Part shown: piece by piece, positions 43,242-52,622 of the stretch
How positions within the stretch are numbered: the first letter of the stretch is position 1
Layout of the letters: each line of letters begins with the position of its first letter
Assembly: GCA_964551235.1 (NCBI GenBank)
Contig: CAZKCD010000001.1
Location: forward strand, 15 to 64,014
Length of the DNA: 64,000 nt
Reading direction: 5' to 3'
Source of the DNA: an uncultured Sphingomonas sp.
Lineage (GTDB): Bacteria; Pseudomonadota; Alphaproteobacteria; Sphingomonadales; Sphingomonadaceae
Program-made: the position numbers and the translations under genes
The notes under the pieces: generated by a model
Told to the model about the DNA's origin: nothing
What the model saw: the letters and a program-made list of their open reading frames with translations, nothing else
Databases searched by the model: none

Positions 43242-44242
43242 GCGCGGTGGGCGATGCTCTCCGGAAGGTCGGTTCCGAACACGCGCTGGTAATATTCGGC
43301 GATCAGCGGACGCTCGCTCTCGTCGCACTTGTTGAGGAAGCTGACGCGGAAGGCGTAGCCGACGTCGCCGAAGATCAGCGCGTTCTGCGCCCAGCTGATC
43401 ACCGTGCGCGGGCTCATCACCGTCGAAATGTCGCCGTTGATGAAGCCCTGCCGCGACAGGTCCGCGACCTTGATCATCTTTTCGACCTTCGCCTTGCCGT
43501 CGGGGTCGTCATATTCGCCCGACTTGGCCAGGACGATCCGCGCCTCGGTCTCGGCGGGCAAATAGTTGAGCGTCGCGACGATGTTCCAGCGGTCCATCTG
43601 GCCCTGGTTGATCGCCTGCGTGCCATGATAGAGGCCGGTGGTATCGCCCAACCCGATCGTGTTGGTCGTCGCGAATAGTCGGAACCACGGATTGGGCCGG
43701 ATCACGCGGTTCTGGTCGAGCAGGGTGAGCTTGCCCTCGGTCTCCAGCACGCGCTGGATCACAAACATCACGTCCGGACGCCCGGCGTCATATTCGTCGA
43801 ACACGAGGGCGACGGGGTGCTGGAGCGCCCACGGCAGCAGCCCTTCGCGGAATTCGGTGACCTGCTGGCCGTCGCGCAGCACGATCGCGTCGCGGCCCAC
43901 GAGGTCGATGCGGCTGATGTGCGCGTCGAGGTTGATCCGGACAAGCGGCCAGTTGAGCCGCGCCGCCACCTGCTCGATATGCGTCGACTTGCCGGTCCCG
44001 TGATAGCCCTGGACCAAGACGCGCCGGTTGCGCGCGAAGCCGGCCAGCACCGCCATCGTCGTGTCGGGATCGAAGACATAGGCCGGGTCGAGATCGGGCA
44101 CGCGCTCGTCGGCCTCGGAAAAGGCCGGCACTTCCATGTCGCTGTCGATTCCGAACAGCTCGCGGACCTTCACCATCTTGTCGGGCGCCGCGAGGATGGT
44201 GTCTTCGCGGCTGTCGAGGGTGACGTTGGGAATCTCGCTCAT
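43238..44242 (-). CDS. cobS: cobaltochelatase subunit CobS (AAA+)
   Basis: [44 protein letters not shown]. Confidence 0.97.
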   Translation of the reverse strand: MSEIPNVTLDSREDTILAAPDKMVKVRELFGIDSDMEVPAFSEADERVPDLDPAYVFDPDTTMAVLAGFARNRRVLVQGYHGTGKSTHIEQVAARLNWPLVRINLDAHISRIDLVGRDAIVLRDGQQVTEFREGLLPWALQHPVALVFDEYDAGRPDVMFVIQRVLETEGKLTLLDQNRVIRPNPWFRLFATTNTIGLGDTTGLYHGTQAINQGQMDRWNIVATLNYLPAETEARIVLAKSGEYDDPDGKAKVEKMIKVADLSRQGFINGDISTVMSPRTVISWAQNALIFGDVGYAFRVSFLNKCDESERPLIAEYYQRVFGTDLPESIAHRA

Positions 44243-44274
44243 GCCCCCGCCCTTAGGCCAGCGCGCTTCCCGCC

Positions 44275-44928
44275 TCAATGCCCCTCGAAACCGACCTTCG
44301 CGGGGAGCGGAAACAGCGTAGTGAATTTCTTGGCGAGTTCGCGATCGCCCTGCACGTCGATCATGTCGAGCGGCTGGCCGCCGTAAACCACCGCGGCGAG
44401 CAAGGTCGGCGGCCCATCGAACACCACGTCGGCATCGTCGACCGGGCCACGGACGACCTTGATCCGCCCCTTCTTGATCCGCGCGACATACTGGTCCGCG
44501 CCGAACACGAAGCCGAACCTGCCGTCGATTCCCTTCGCCTTTTTCTCGTCGATCATGGTGCGGAACGACAGCAGGACGGAGACCCCGCTGATGGGAAGCG
44601 TCGGGTCGTGCCCGGGCGAGCGCGCCGCCCAGCGGCCGAGCGCCTGGACGATCGGTTCGGCCTCCAGCCCCCACGGCGTCGCCGCGTAGACCTGGACGTT
44701 GGCGGGCGGGGGAAGCCGCTTGCGGACGACCAGCCGGCGCCGTTCGAGCTCGGTCAGGCGCTGGGTCAGAACGTTGGCGCTGATGCCGGGCAGGTCGGCC
44801 TTGAGGTCCTTGAACCGGCGGGGGCCGAGCATGAGCTCACGGAGCACAAGCAACGCCCAGCGTTCCCCGATCAGCTCCAGCGCGTGGGCGGTTCCGCACG
44901 CATCGTCATACCGCCGCTTCTGCTCCAT
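44275..44928 (-). CDS. HxlR-family winged-helix regulator with C-terminal SCP2-like domain
   Basis: YDDACG.AHAL.L.GERW.LL..REL..GPRRF..L...LPGIS.NVLTQRL; start may lie slightly upstream. Confidence 0.88.
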   Translation of the reverse strand: MEQKRRYDDACGTAHALELIGERWALLVLRELMLGPRRFKDLKADLPGISANVLTQRLTELERRRLVVRKRLPPPANVQVYAATPWGLEAEPIVQALGRWAARSPGHDPTLPISGVSVLLSFRTMIDEKKAKGIDGRFGFVFGADQYVARIKKGRIKVVRGPVDDADVVFDGPPTLLAAVVYGGQPLDMIDVQGDRELAKKFTTLFPLPAKVGFEGH

Positions 44929-45024
44929 TCGTCGGATATAGGTTATCTTTTCTAACTGTTCAATTGTCTTTTCAAAGTTTGAGGCGTACTCAAACGCCAT
45001 TTCCGAGTCGCCGAGGAGAGCGAA

Positions 45025-45465
45025 ATGACCGCAAATCCGATGATCTTCATCAACTTGCCCATTCTCGACCTCGCGCGGTCGACCGCCTTCTACGAAGGGA
45101 TCGGCGGCATCAAGGAACCCAGGTTCAGCAATGACAAGGCGTCGATGGTTAGGTTTTCTAACGTCATCAACGTCATGCTGCTCACCCACGACTTCTATTC
45201 GACCTTCACGCCCAAGCCGGTCGCCGACCCGAAGAGGTCGAGCGCGGTGCTGATTGCCATTTCGGCCGACAGCCGCGAGGCGGTCGACGCGCTGATCGAT
45301 CGCGCCGCCGCGGCCGGCGGCACCCCCGACATCGGGCCGAAGCAGGAATATGGCGACCAGATGTACGGCCGCAGCTTCGAGGATCCCGACGGGCATCACT
45401 GGGAAGTGATGTGGATGGCGCCGGAAGCCGCCGAACAGGGCGCGACCAGCTTCGAAAACGCCTGA
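45025..45465 (+). CDS. VOC family protein
   Basis: IFINLP..DL.RS.AFY, YGRSFEDPDGHHWE. Confidence 0.88.
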   Translation: MTANPMIFINLPILDLARSTAFYEGIGGIKEPRFSNDKASMVRFSNVINVMLLTHDFYSTFTPKPVADPKRSSAVLIAISADSREAVDALIDRAAAAGGTPDIGPKQEYGDQMYGRSFEDPDGHHWEVMWMAPEAAEQGATSFENA

Positions 45466-45484
45466 CCAAAAAGGAAGACGTTCC

Positions 45485-45847
45485 ATGGCCTATCTCGATG
45501 GATTCGTGGTGCCGGTGCCCAGGGACCGGAAAGACGATTACTTCGCGCTCGCCCGAAAGATGGCGGCCAAGCTCAAGCCGCTCGGCGCCCTTGCCGGCCA
45601 CGAGGGCTGGGGCGACGGGCTGGAGCAGGGGACGACCACCAGCTTCCCGCGCTCGGTGCAGGCCAGGGACGACGAGAATGTCGTGTTCGCCTACATCGTC
45701 TGGCCCGACAAGGAGACCCGCGACAAGGCGTGGGACGTCCTGATGGCCGATCCCGAGATGCAGCCCGACATGAACGACATGCCGTTCGACGGCAAACGCA
45801 TGTTCTGGGGCGGCTTCACGCCCGAAGTTTCCTACGGGGAGGATTGA
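45485..45847 (+). CDS. DUF1428 family protein
   Basis: Y.DGFVVPVP, MPFDGKRM.WGGF. Confidence 0.9.
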   Translation: MAYLDGFVVPVPRDRKDDYFALARKMAAKLKPLGALAGHEGWGDGLEQGTTTSFPRSVQARDDENVVFAYIVWPDKETRDKAWDVLMADPEMQPDMNDMPFDGKRMFWGGFTPEVSYGED

Positions 45848-45849
45848 TC

Positions 45850-46644
45850 ATGGCGGGTGGCTACATCTGGTACGAGCTCGTCTCGCCCGATCCCGATGCG
45901 TCGAAGAGCTTCTATGACGCCGTCGTCGGCTGGGCGATCGAGCCCCATTCCCAATTTCCCAACGACTACCGGATGATCGGCCGGTCGGACGGCAAGATGG
46001 CCGGCGGAATCCTGCGCCTGACCGACGAGATGCGCGAGCATGGCGCGCGGCCGATCTGGCTCGGCTACATCCACGTCGAGGATGTCGATGCGACGGTGGC
46101 GGCGATCACGGCGGACGGCGGGAAGACCCATATGGCGCCGTTTGACATTCCCAATGTCGGGCGCGTCGCGATGGTCACCGATCCCGTCGGCGTCCCCTTC
46201 TACATCATGAAGCCGATCCCGCCCGACCACGCGCCCGACGCGGTCAGCGACGTGTTCGACCCGATGAAGGCCGAGCATTTCCGCTGGAACGAGCTCAGCA
46301 CGACCGACCAGGACGGCGCGATCGCCTTCTTCGGCAGGCATTTCGGCTGGACCCAGCAAGGCGGCATGCCGATGGGTGAGATGGGCGAATATAAGTTCGT
46401 CCAGTCGGACGGCGTCGGCATCGGCGCGATCATGCGCAAGCCGCCGCAGAGCCCGATGAGCGCATGGGTCCACTACATCGGCGTCGACGACATCGACCGC
46501 GCGCACGCGGCGGCGACGGCCGGCGGCGCGACCGTCCTGTACGAACCAATGGAAATTCCCGGCGGAGAATATTCGATGGCCGCCATCGATCCTCAGGGCG
46601 CGATGTTCGGCCTTGTCGGCCCCCGCACCCGGCAAGGAGACTGA
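45850..46644 (+). CDS. VOC family protein (tandem glyoxalase domains)
   Basis: WYEL...D......FY..V.GW; second WNEL domain; DPQGA.FGL. Confidence 0.88.
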   Translation: MAGGYIWYELVSPDPDASKSFYDAVVGWAIEPHSQFPNDYRMIGRSDGKMAGGILRLTDEMREHGARPIWLGYIHVEDVDATVAAITADGGKTHMAPFDIPNVGRVAMVTDPVGVPFYIMKPIPPDHAPDAVSDVFDPMKAEHFRWNELSTTDQDGAIAFFGRHFGWTQQGGMPMGEMGEYKFVQSDGVGIGAIMRKPPQSPMSAWVHYIGVDDIDRAHAAATAGGATVLYEPMEIPGGEYSMAAIDPQGAMFGLVGPRTRQGD

Positions 46645-46647
46645 GCC

Positions 46648-47133
46648 ATGGCCAAGGCGAAGAACATGGTCTGCCTGTGGTACGACAAGGATCAGGCAGG
46701 CGCGGCCGCCAGATTTTACGCGTCGGTCTTCCCCGATAGCGAAGTAACCGCGGTCCACACCGCGCCGACCGATTTCCCGGGCGGCAAGGCGGGCGACGAG
46801 CTCACCGTCGAATTCACCGTCCTCGGCATTCCGTGCCTTGGCCTCAACGGCGGCCCCAACTTCCCGCAGACGGAGGCCTTCTCCTTCCAGGTCGCGACCG
46901 ACACGCAGGAGGAGACCGACCGTTACTGGAATGCCATTGTCGGCAACGGCGGCGCGCAAAGCGCCTGCGGCTGGTGCAAGGACAAGTGGGGCCTCAACTG
47001 GCAGATCACGCCGCGCGTCCTTACCGACGCGATGGCGCAAGGCGGCGTGGTCGCCCAGCGCGCGTTTGCGGCGATGATGACCATGCACAAGATCGACATT
47101 GCCGCCATCGAGGCCGCGGTGAAGGGAGACTGA
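46648..47133 (+). CDS. VOC/PhnB-like protein
   Basis: CLWYD, GLNGGP.F...EAFSF, CGWCKDKWG..WQI.P. Confidence 0.9.
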   Translation: MAKAKNMVCLWYDKDQAGAAARFYASVFPDSEVTAVHTAPTDFPGGKAGDELTVEFTVLGIPCLGLNGGPNFPQTEAFSFQVATDTQEETDRYWNAIVGNGGAQSACGWCKDKWGLNWQITPRVLTDAMAQGGVVAQRAFAAMMTMHKIDIAAIEAAVKGD

Positions 47134-47135
47134 GG

Positions 47136-47858
47136 ATGCGCAGGATCATCGGTTCCGCCTTCGTATCGCTCGACGGCGTGATGCAGGCGCCCGGCGGGCC
47201 AAGCGAAGACCCGACCGGCGGTTTCGTTCACGGGGGCTGGCTTCCGGCCTTCTTCGATGCCGAGGTCGGCCAGGCGATCGACGCGGTTTTCGACCGCGAA
47301 TATGCCCTGCTGCTGGGTCGCCGGACCTACGACATCTTCGCCGCTTACTGGCCCTATGTCGGCGGCGAGGCGACCGGGATCGGCGAGATCTTCGACAAGA
47401 CGGGCAAAGACGAAGGCGAAGTCGCCGCGATCCAGATGGGCGAGGATTTCACCAGGGCCGCCAAGTATGTGCTGACCCGCGGCATGCCCGATCTCGGCTG
47501 GTCCAACACGCACCGGCTCGCCGGCATCGACGAGCTTCGAACGATCAAGGAGGGCGACGGCCCCGACCTCGTCATCCAGGGCAGCAGCACGCTTTACCCG
47601 CAATTGCTCGCGGCGGGCCTGCTCGACCGGCTGACCGTTATGACCTTTCCGGTCGTCCTCGGCCACGGCAAGCGCCTGTTCGGCGAGGAAACGCCCGCGC
47701 GGGCGATGACGCTCGTCGAGCATCGCGTCACGCCGGCCGGCGCCGTCATCGCAACCTACGAACCGGCCGGGGAAATCGGTCACGACTGGGCCGGACCGCA
47801 ATCCACGAGTTCGCGGGAGAAGGAGCGACAGCGGCGGATCGCGGAGGGCAGTTGGTGA
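47136..47858 (+). CDS. dihydrofolate reductase / RibD C-terminal family protein
   Basis: FVSLDGVMQAPGG..ED, LLGRRTY.IF..YWP, QGS..L, P.VLG.GKRLF. Confidence 0.88.
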   Translation: MRRIIGSAFVSLDGVMQAPGGPSEDPTGGFVHGGWLPAFFDAEVGQAIDAVFDREYALLLGRRTYDIFAAYWPYVGGEATGIGEIFDKTGKDEGEVAAIQMGEDFTRAAKYVLTRGMPDLGWSNTHRLAGIDELRTIKEGDGPDLVIQGSSTLYPQLLAAGLLDRLTVMTFPVVLGHGKRLFGEETPARAMTLVEHRVTPAGAVIATYEPAGEIGHDWAGPQSTSSREKERQRRIAEGSW

Positions 47859-48505
47859 GCCTTACCCTCTACGCCCACCCGTTCAGTTCGTTCAGCTGGA
47901 AGGCCCTCATCGCGCTTTGGGCCGACGATACGCCCTTCACCTATCGCAACGTCGACCCGGCCGACCCGTCGGCCATGGCCGAGCTGAAATCGCTCTGGCC
48001 GCTGGGGAAATTCCCGACCTTGGTCGACGATGGCATGGTGATTCCGGAGGCGAGTTCGATCATCGAGCATCTCCAGGCGCATCATCCCGGCCCGAGCCGC
48101 TGGATTCCCGAGGGGGAGGCCGGGCGCCGCGTCCGCCTTCTGGACCGCGTCTTCGACCTGCATATCCAGGGAAACATGCAGCCGACGGTCAATCATGCCA
48201 TTTGGCCCGACGGCGAGGGATTGGCCGCGGCGCGCGGGCGCGAGCAACTGGCGATCGCGTACGACTGGCTGGAGACGCAATTGGGCGCGGAAGGATGGGC
48301 CGCAGGCGACACCTTCACCATGGCCGACTGCGCCGCCGCCCCGGCCCTCTTCTACGCGGATTGGGTCGAACCGATCGGCCCGGACCGACCCAAGCTGTCG
48401 GCCTATCGCGCCCGCCTGCTGACGCATCCGGCGGTGCGCCGCGCGGTCGACGAAGCGCGGCCCTATCGACACTATTTCCCATTGGGCGCACCCGAACGCG
48501 ATTGA
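47855..48505 (+). CDS. glutathione S-transferase family protein
   Basis: HPFSSF..KALIAL, WP.GKFP.L, FT.ADCAAAP.L; GTGA overlap. Confidence 0.9.
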   Translation: MSLTLYAHPFSSFSWKALIALWADDTPFTYRNVDPADPSAMAELKSLWPLGKFPTLVDDGMVIPEASSIIEHLQAHHPGPSRWIPEGEAGRRVRLLDRVFDLHIQGNMQPTVNHAIWPDGEGLAAARGREQLAIAYDWLETQLGAEGWAAGDTFTMADCAAAPALFYADWVEPIGPDRPKLSAYRARLLTHPAVRRAVDEARPYRHYFPLGAPERD

Positions 48506-48553
48506 CGCCGCAATGTGACATTGTAACATTGGCGGTCTCAAAGGAGATTGTCG

Positions 48554-49270
48554 ATGCGTATTCTCGTTCTTCTTCCCCTCGCCGCCCTAGCCGCCTGCCA
48601 GCCGGCCGCCCCCGACCCGCGCGGGGTCGACCGCAATGAGACGCTGCTGACCGTCGCCGCGACCGGCCGCGCCGAGACGCGCCCGGACGAGGCACGCTTC
48701 ACCTTGGGGGTCGAGACGCTCGGCGCCAATGCCCGCGACGCCAGCCGCGCCAATAATGCGACGATGCAGAAGCTCGCGCTCGCGCTCCGCCAGTTCGGGG
48801 TCGAGGAGAAGGACTTGCAGACGCAGAACCTCGGTCTGGGCCGGATCGACTACGGCAAGGATCGCGGCCGCTTCCGCGCCTCCAACCAGCTCGAGGTTCG
48901 CCTGCGCCAGATGGACAAGGTCAGCGAAGCCATCACCGCCGCGACCGAGAATGGCGCCAACCTCGTCAGCGGGCCACGCCTCGTCGTCTCGGACCGCGAA
49001 TCCGCCAACAAGTCGGCCTACGCCATGGCCTATAAAGCCGCCCGCGCCCGCGCCGATGCCTATGCCGAGGCGGCGGGCCTCAAGGTCACGCGGGTTCTCA
49101 CCATCCGCGACGGCGGCGAAGGCTATGCCCCGCCGCCGATGGTCACGATGGATGCAGCCGAGCAGGCTGCGCCCGTGCCGGTGGCGGCACCGCCTCCCCC
49201 GCCCTTCAACCCCGGTCTCAACCGCAGCCAGGTCAGCGTGGCGGTGTCGTTCGCGCTCGAGGAGAAGTGA
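48554..49270 (+). CDS. SIMPL (DUF541) domain lipoprotein
   Basis: AAGGAG RBS, lipobox LAAC, L.V.A.G.....PD.A...GV, A...AR.RA..YA. Confidence 0.85.
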   Translation: MRILVLLPLAALAACQPAAPDPRGVDRNETLLTVAATGRAETRPDEARFTLGVETLGANARDASRANNATMQKLALALRQFGVEEKDLQTQNLGLGRIDYGKDRGRFRASNQLEVRLRQMDKVSEAITAATENGANLVSGPRLVVSDRESANKSAYAMAYKAARARADAYAEAAGLKVTRVLTIRDGGEGYAPPPMVTMDAAEQAAPVPVAAPPPPPFNPGLNRSQVSVAVSFALEEK

Positions 49271-49286
49271 TCAGGCGCCAAAGGAC

Positions 49287-49859
49287 TTAGGCGAAGGCGC
49301 GTGCGCCTTTAAGTAACTGGTAGGCGTCGATCACGCGCCCGAGCTCGCGCTCGTGCCGGCGGTCGCCGCCATTGCGGTCGGGATGGTAGCGACGGACCAG
49401 TTCCGAATAACGCCGGCGCAAGGTCGTGCGATCGGCGTCTTCCTGAAGGTCGAGCACGCGCAGCGCGTCGCGTTCGCGCGGGGTGAAACGCTCCGACCGG
49501 GTCGGTGGAGCGTCGGCGCGGAAACGGGCGGCGATGGCGTCGAGCGGGTCCTTGAAGTCGCCCCACGCCGGCCCCGGATCGGCATCCGACGCATAGGAGA
49601 AAGCACGCACGCGGCGGTCCCACCCGGCCAGCGGCGACTGCGCTTCCTCGATCTCCTCGGGGCTCATGCCGGCAAAGAAATTATAGGCCGCGTTGTGGGC
49701 GCGCACGTGATCGAGGCACAGCCAGCGATAGGCCCCCGGCCCATCGAAGGTGCCGGGAGTCAGCGGCGCGCGAAATTCGCCCGGCTCGGTGCAGCCGGGA
49801 ATCGCGCACTCGCTCGCGGCCTTCTCAAAACGGCCGTGCCACTTGGTCGGACGCTTCAT
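49287..49859 (-). CDS. J domain-containing protein
   Basis: N-terminal C..PGC...CL.H motif; C-terminal J domain with HPD. Confidence 0.9.
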   Translation of the reverse strand: MKRPTKWHGRFEKAASECAIPGCTEPGEFRAPLTPGTFDGPGAYRWLCLDHVRAHNAAYNFFAGMSPEEIEEAQSPLAGWDRRVRAFSYASDADPGPAWGDFKDPLDAIAARFRADAPPTRSERFTPRERDALRVLDLQEDADRTTLRRRYSELVRRYHPDRNGGDRRHERELGRVIDAYQLLKGARAFA

Positions 49860-50362
49860 TCGGGCCAGGTCACCTCGATCGCCCCGCCCTCGGGCAGCGC
49901 GGCCCAGTGGGTGGCGAAGCCGGCAATATCCGCGCGAATGGCCTCGACCGCCGCATCGTCCATCGGCAGCGGCGGGACGAGCGACTGTTCGCAGCCCGAA
50001 TGCGCCATGAAACGGATGCCGTCCGCATCGCCGGTGCCGCCGCTCCAGTGATCCGCCTCGAACGCCTCGACGGCGCGTTCGGCCTGGATTGCCTGCACGA
50101 AGGAGGCATCGGGCGTCGTCCCGCGCGAGGCGCTGGCGTGTCCGGCGGCCTTGGCCATGTCGGCGATTTCCTCGGGGGGATGGCCGCGCGCGACCATGCC
50201 CCAAAAGCCGTCGCGCAGCCCCAGCGTGCCTTCGACGGCGAGGTGGACGGCGTCGTGGGGGATCGGGCCCTTCTTGGGAAAGCGGGTCGCGACCTCGCTG
50301 CCGTCGTCGCGGCGGATGGCGATATGGTCGTCGGTCCGGCCCTTTGTAATGCGGATCTGCAT
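49856..50362 (-). CDS. hypothetical protein
   Basis: GAGG RBS; PHDAVHLAVE motif; ATGA coupling to the J-domain gene. Confidence 0.7.
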   Translation of the reverse strand: MQIRITKGRTDDHIAIRRDDGSEVATRFPKKGPIPHDAVHLAVEGTLGLRDGFWGMVARGHPPEEIADMAKAAGHASASRGTTPDASFVQAIQAERAVEAFEADHWSGGTGDADGIRFMAHSGCEQSLVPPLPMDDAAVEAIRADIAGFATHWAALPEGGAIEVTWPE

Positions 50363-50399
50363 GGCTTCCTCGTGGCTCAAGCCCCTCTATATAGGAGCG

Positions 50400-50684
50400 A
50401 TGAGCCTGACCTCCACCGGCCCCGTTCACGGGGAAATGATTCGCCGGCTCGACGCCGCCCTTTCCCCGACCCGGATGGAGCTCGTCAACGACAGCGCCAG
50501 GCATCGCGGCCATGCCGGGGACGACGGCAGCGGGGAAAGCCACTTTTCCCTGACCATCGAAAGCCCGGCCTTCGCCGGTTTGAACCGCGTGCAGCGGCAG
50601 CGGGCGGTCTATGCGGCCCTTGGCGAGATCATGACCGACAAGGTCCACGCGCTCAGCATCAAGGCCACCGCGCCCGGCGAGTGA
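50400..50684 (+). CDS. bolA: BolA family protein
   Basis: DS..H.GH.G...GESHF, F.G..RV.RQR.VY, HAL.I; AGGAG RBS. Confidence 0.92.
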   Translation: MSLTSTGPVHGEMIRRLDAALSPTRMELVNDSARHRGHAGDDGSGESHFSLTIESPAFAGLNRVQRQRAVYAALGEIMTDKVHALSIKATAPGE

Positions 50685-50772
50685 TTTCGCTGTCCTACAA
50701 CCCGCCGACTGTGCCAGTCTCGCGATCGATTCGGGGGTGGTGTCGTTGACGCCCATTGGCTGCCCCGAACGG

Positions 50773-50819
50773 TGACAAAGTTGACGAAGTTGACAGACCC
50801 CCGTGCGTGTCAACTTCGT
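50773..50819. repeat. 9-bp tandem repeat plus perfect 12-bp inverted repeat
   Basis: TGACAAAGT-TGACGAAGT-TGACA; ACGAAGTTGACA-N12-TGTCAACTTCGT. Confidence 0.7.
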
Positions 50820-50868
50820 GCGGCGAAACGCCCTTCGCCGACCGCGAATTGCAGGAAAGGACGGCCGG

Positions 50869-51741
50869 ATGATCGCGATTGAACCTGTCACCCACGATCT
50901 CGGCGACTTCAAGGTGCGCCGGGTCCTGCCGTCAAAAGCGCGAACGATGGTCGGGCCCTTCATCTTCGTCGACGAGTTCGGCCCCGCCCAGCTCGACATC
51001 GGCGGGGGCATGGACGTGCGGCCGCACCCGCACATCAACCTCGCCACCGTCACCTATCTGTTCGAAGGCGCGATCCACCATCGCGACAGCGTCGGGTCGA
51101 GCCAGGTGATCGAGCCGGGCGCGATCAACCTGATGACCGCGGGCAAGGGCATCGTCCATTCCGAACGCTCGCCGGCCAGCGAACGGGCCGCCGGTCCGCG
51201 GCTGTACGGGATGCAGACCTGGCTGGCCCTCCCCGACGGGCTGGAAGAAATCGACCCGGCCTTCGACCATGTGCCCTCGTCCGGATTGCCGCTGATCGAG
51301 GACGACGGGGCGTCGGTCCGGGTGCTGATGGGCAACATCGGCGGGGTCCTCGCCGCCACCCCTTGCCACGCGCCGACGCTCTACGCCGATATCCTCCTCG
51401 AGAACGGCCGGTTCGCCCTCGACCAGCCCGACGACGAACGTGCGGTACTGGCGACCGAAGGCGACCTTGCCATCGACGGGCAGAAGCTCGACCTGTTCAC
51501 CCTTTACGTCCTCGCGCCGGACGCCAGGCCGCTGCTCAGCGGCACCGGCCGCGCCATGCTCCTGGGCGGGCAGGCCTTTTCGACCCCGCGCCACGTCTGG
51601 TGGAATTTCGTGAGCTCCAGCCGTGATCGGATCAACCAGGCGAAGGATGACTGGAAAGCCGGCCGCTTCCCGCTGGTGCCGGGCGACGAGGAGGAATTCA
51701 TTCCCATTCCCGCGGTCCCCAAGACGGTGAGCTATCCATGA
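50869..51741 (+). CDS. pirin family protein
   Basis: VGPFIF.D, RPHPH..LATVTYLF.G, MTAG.GIVHSE, WWNFVSS. Confidence 0.93.
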   Translation: MIAIEPVTHDLGDFKVRRVLPSKARTMVGPFIFVDEFGPAQLDIGGGMDVRPHPHINLATVTYLFEGAIHHRDSVGSSQVIEPGAINLMTAGKGIVHSERSPASERAAGPRLYGMQTWLALPDGLEEIDPAFDHVPSSGLPLIEDDGASVRVLMGNIGGVLAATPCHAPTLYADILLENGRFALDQPDDERAVLATEGDLAIDGQKLDLFTLYVLAPDARPLLSGTGRAMLLGGQAFSTPRHVWWNFVSSSRDRINQAKDDWKAGRFPLVPGDEEEFIPIPAVPKTVSYP

Positions 51742-52622
51742 GAATCGACCTTGCCACCGGCATCGCGATGAACGTCGAGACGGCGGGGCGCGACGACGCG
51801 CCGCCGGCGATCTTCGTCCACGGCTTTCCCGAATCGCACCGCACGTGGCGCGGGCTGGTGCCCCTGCTGTCCGACAGCGTGCGGATGTTCATGCCCGACC
51901 TGCGCGGCTTCGGCGCGAGCGACAAGCCGCAGGACCTCGCCGATTACGCCACCGAGACGCTGATCGCCGACCTGTTCGCGCTGGCCGACGCGCTGGAGAT
52001 CGAGCGCTTCGCCCTGGTCGGCCACGACTGGGGCGGCGCCATCGCCTGGGCCGCGGCTTTGCGCGGCAACCCCCGCATCGCGCGCCTGGCCATCGTCAAC
52101 TCACCCCACCCCGCCATCTTCCAGAAGAGCCTGATCGACGACCCGGCGCAGCGCGCGGCGAGCCAGTATATGAACGCCTTCCGCAACCCCGCCATGGAGG
52201 CGGGAATCGCGCGCATGGGGCTGGAGGCCTTCTTCACCAAGAGCTTCACGCCGCACGTCGACCTGTCGATCATCGGCGCGGCGGACCGCCAGGCCTATCT
52301 GGACGACTGGGGGCAGGACGGCGCGCTGACCGCGATGCTCAACTGGTACCGCGCCAGCCAGATGGTGGTGCCCGAACCCGGCGCCGAGGCGGCGATGCCC
52401 GAGTGGGTGACGCGCGGCGTGCCGCGCCTGCGCATCCCGGTGCGGGTGGTGTGGGGGCTGGAGGACAAGGCGCTGCTGCCGATCCAGCTGGAAGGCATCG
52501 GCGAGATCGGCGACGACGTCAGCGTCTTCCCCCTGCCCGGCGTCGGCCATTTCGCGCCGTGGGAAGCACCGGACAAGGTCGCCGACGCGCTGCGCCCGTT
52601 CCTGGCCGCCGGCGCCGCTTGA
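51738..52622 (+). CDS. alpha/beta hydrolase (epoxide hydrolase-like)
   Basis: HGFPE, GHDWGG, LNWYRA, catalytic His in GHF. Confidence 0.9.
   Translation: MRIDLATGIAMNVETAGRDDAPPAIFVHGFPESHRTWRGLVPLLSDSVRMFMPDLRGFGASDKPQDLADYATETLIADLFALADALEIERFALVGHDWGGAIAWAAALRGNPRIARLAIVNSPHPAIFQKSLIDDPAQRAASQYMNAFRNPAMEAGIARMGLEAFFTKSFTPHVDLSIIGAADRQAYLDDWGQDGALTAMLNWYRASQMVVPEPGAEAAMPEWVTRGVPRLRIPVRVVWGLEDKALLPIQLEGIGEIGDDVSVFPLPGVGHFAPWEAPDKVADALRPFLAAGAA

Noticed and set aside
50385..50420. CCTATAT on the minus strand as an RpoH promoter for the J-domain operon
   Set aside because: The -10 element fits, but there is no CTTG-like -35 element at the expected spacing
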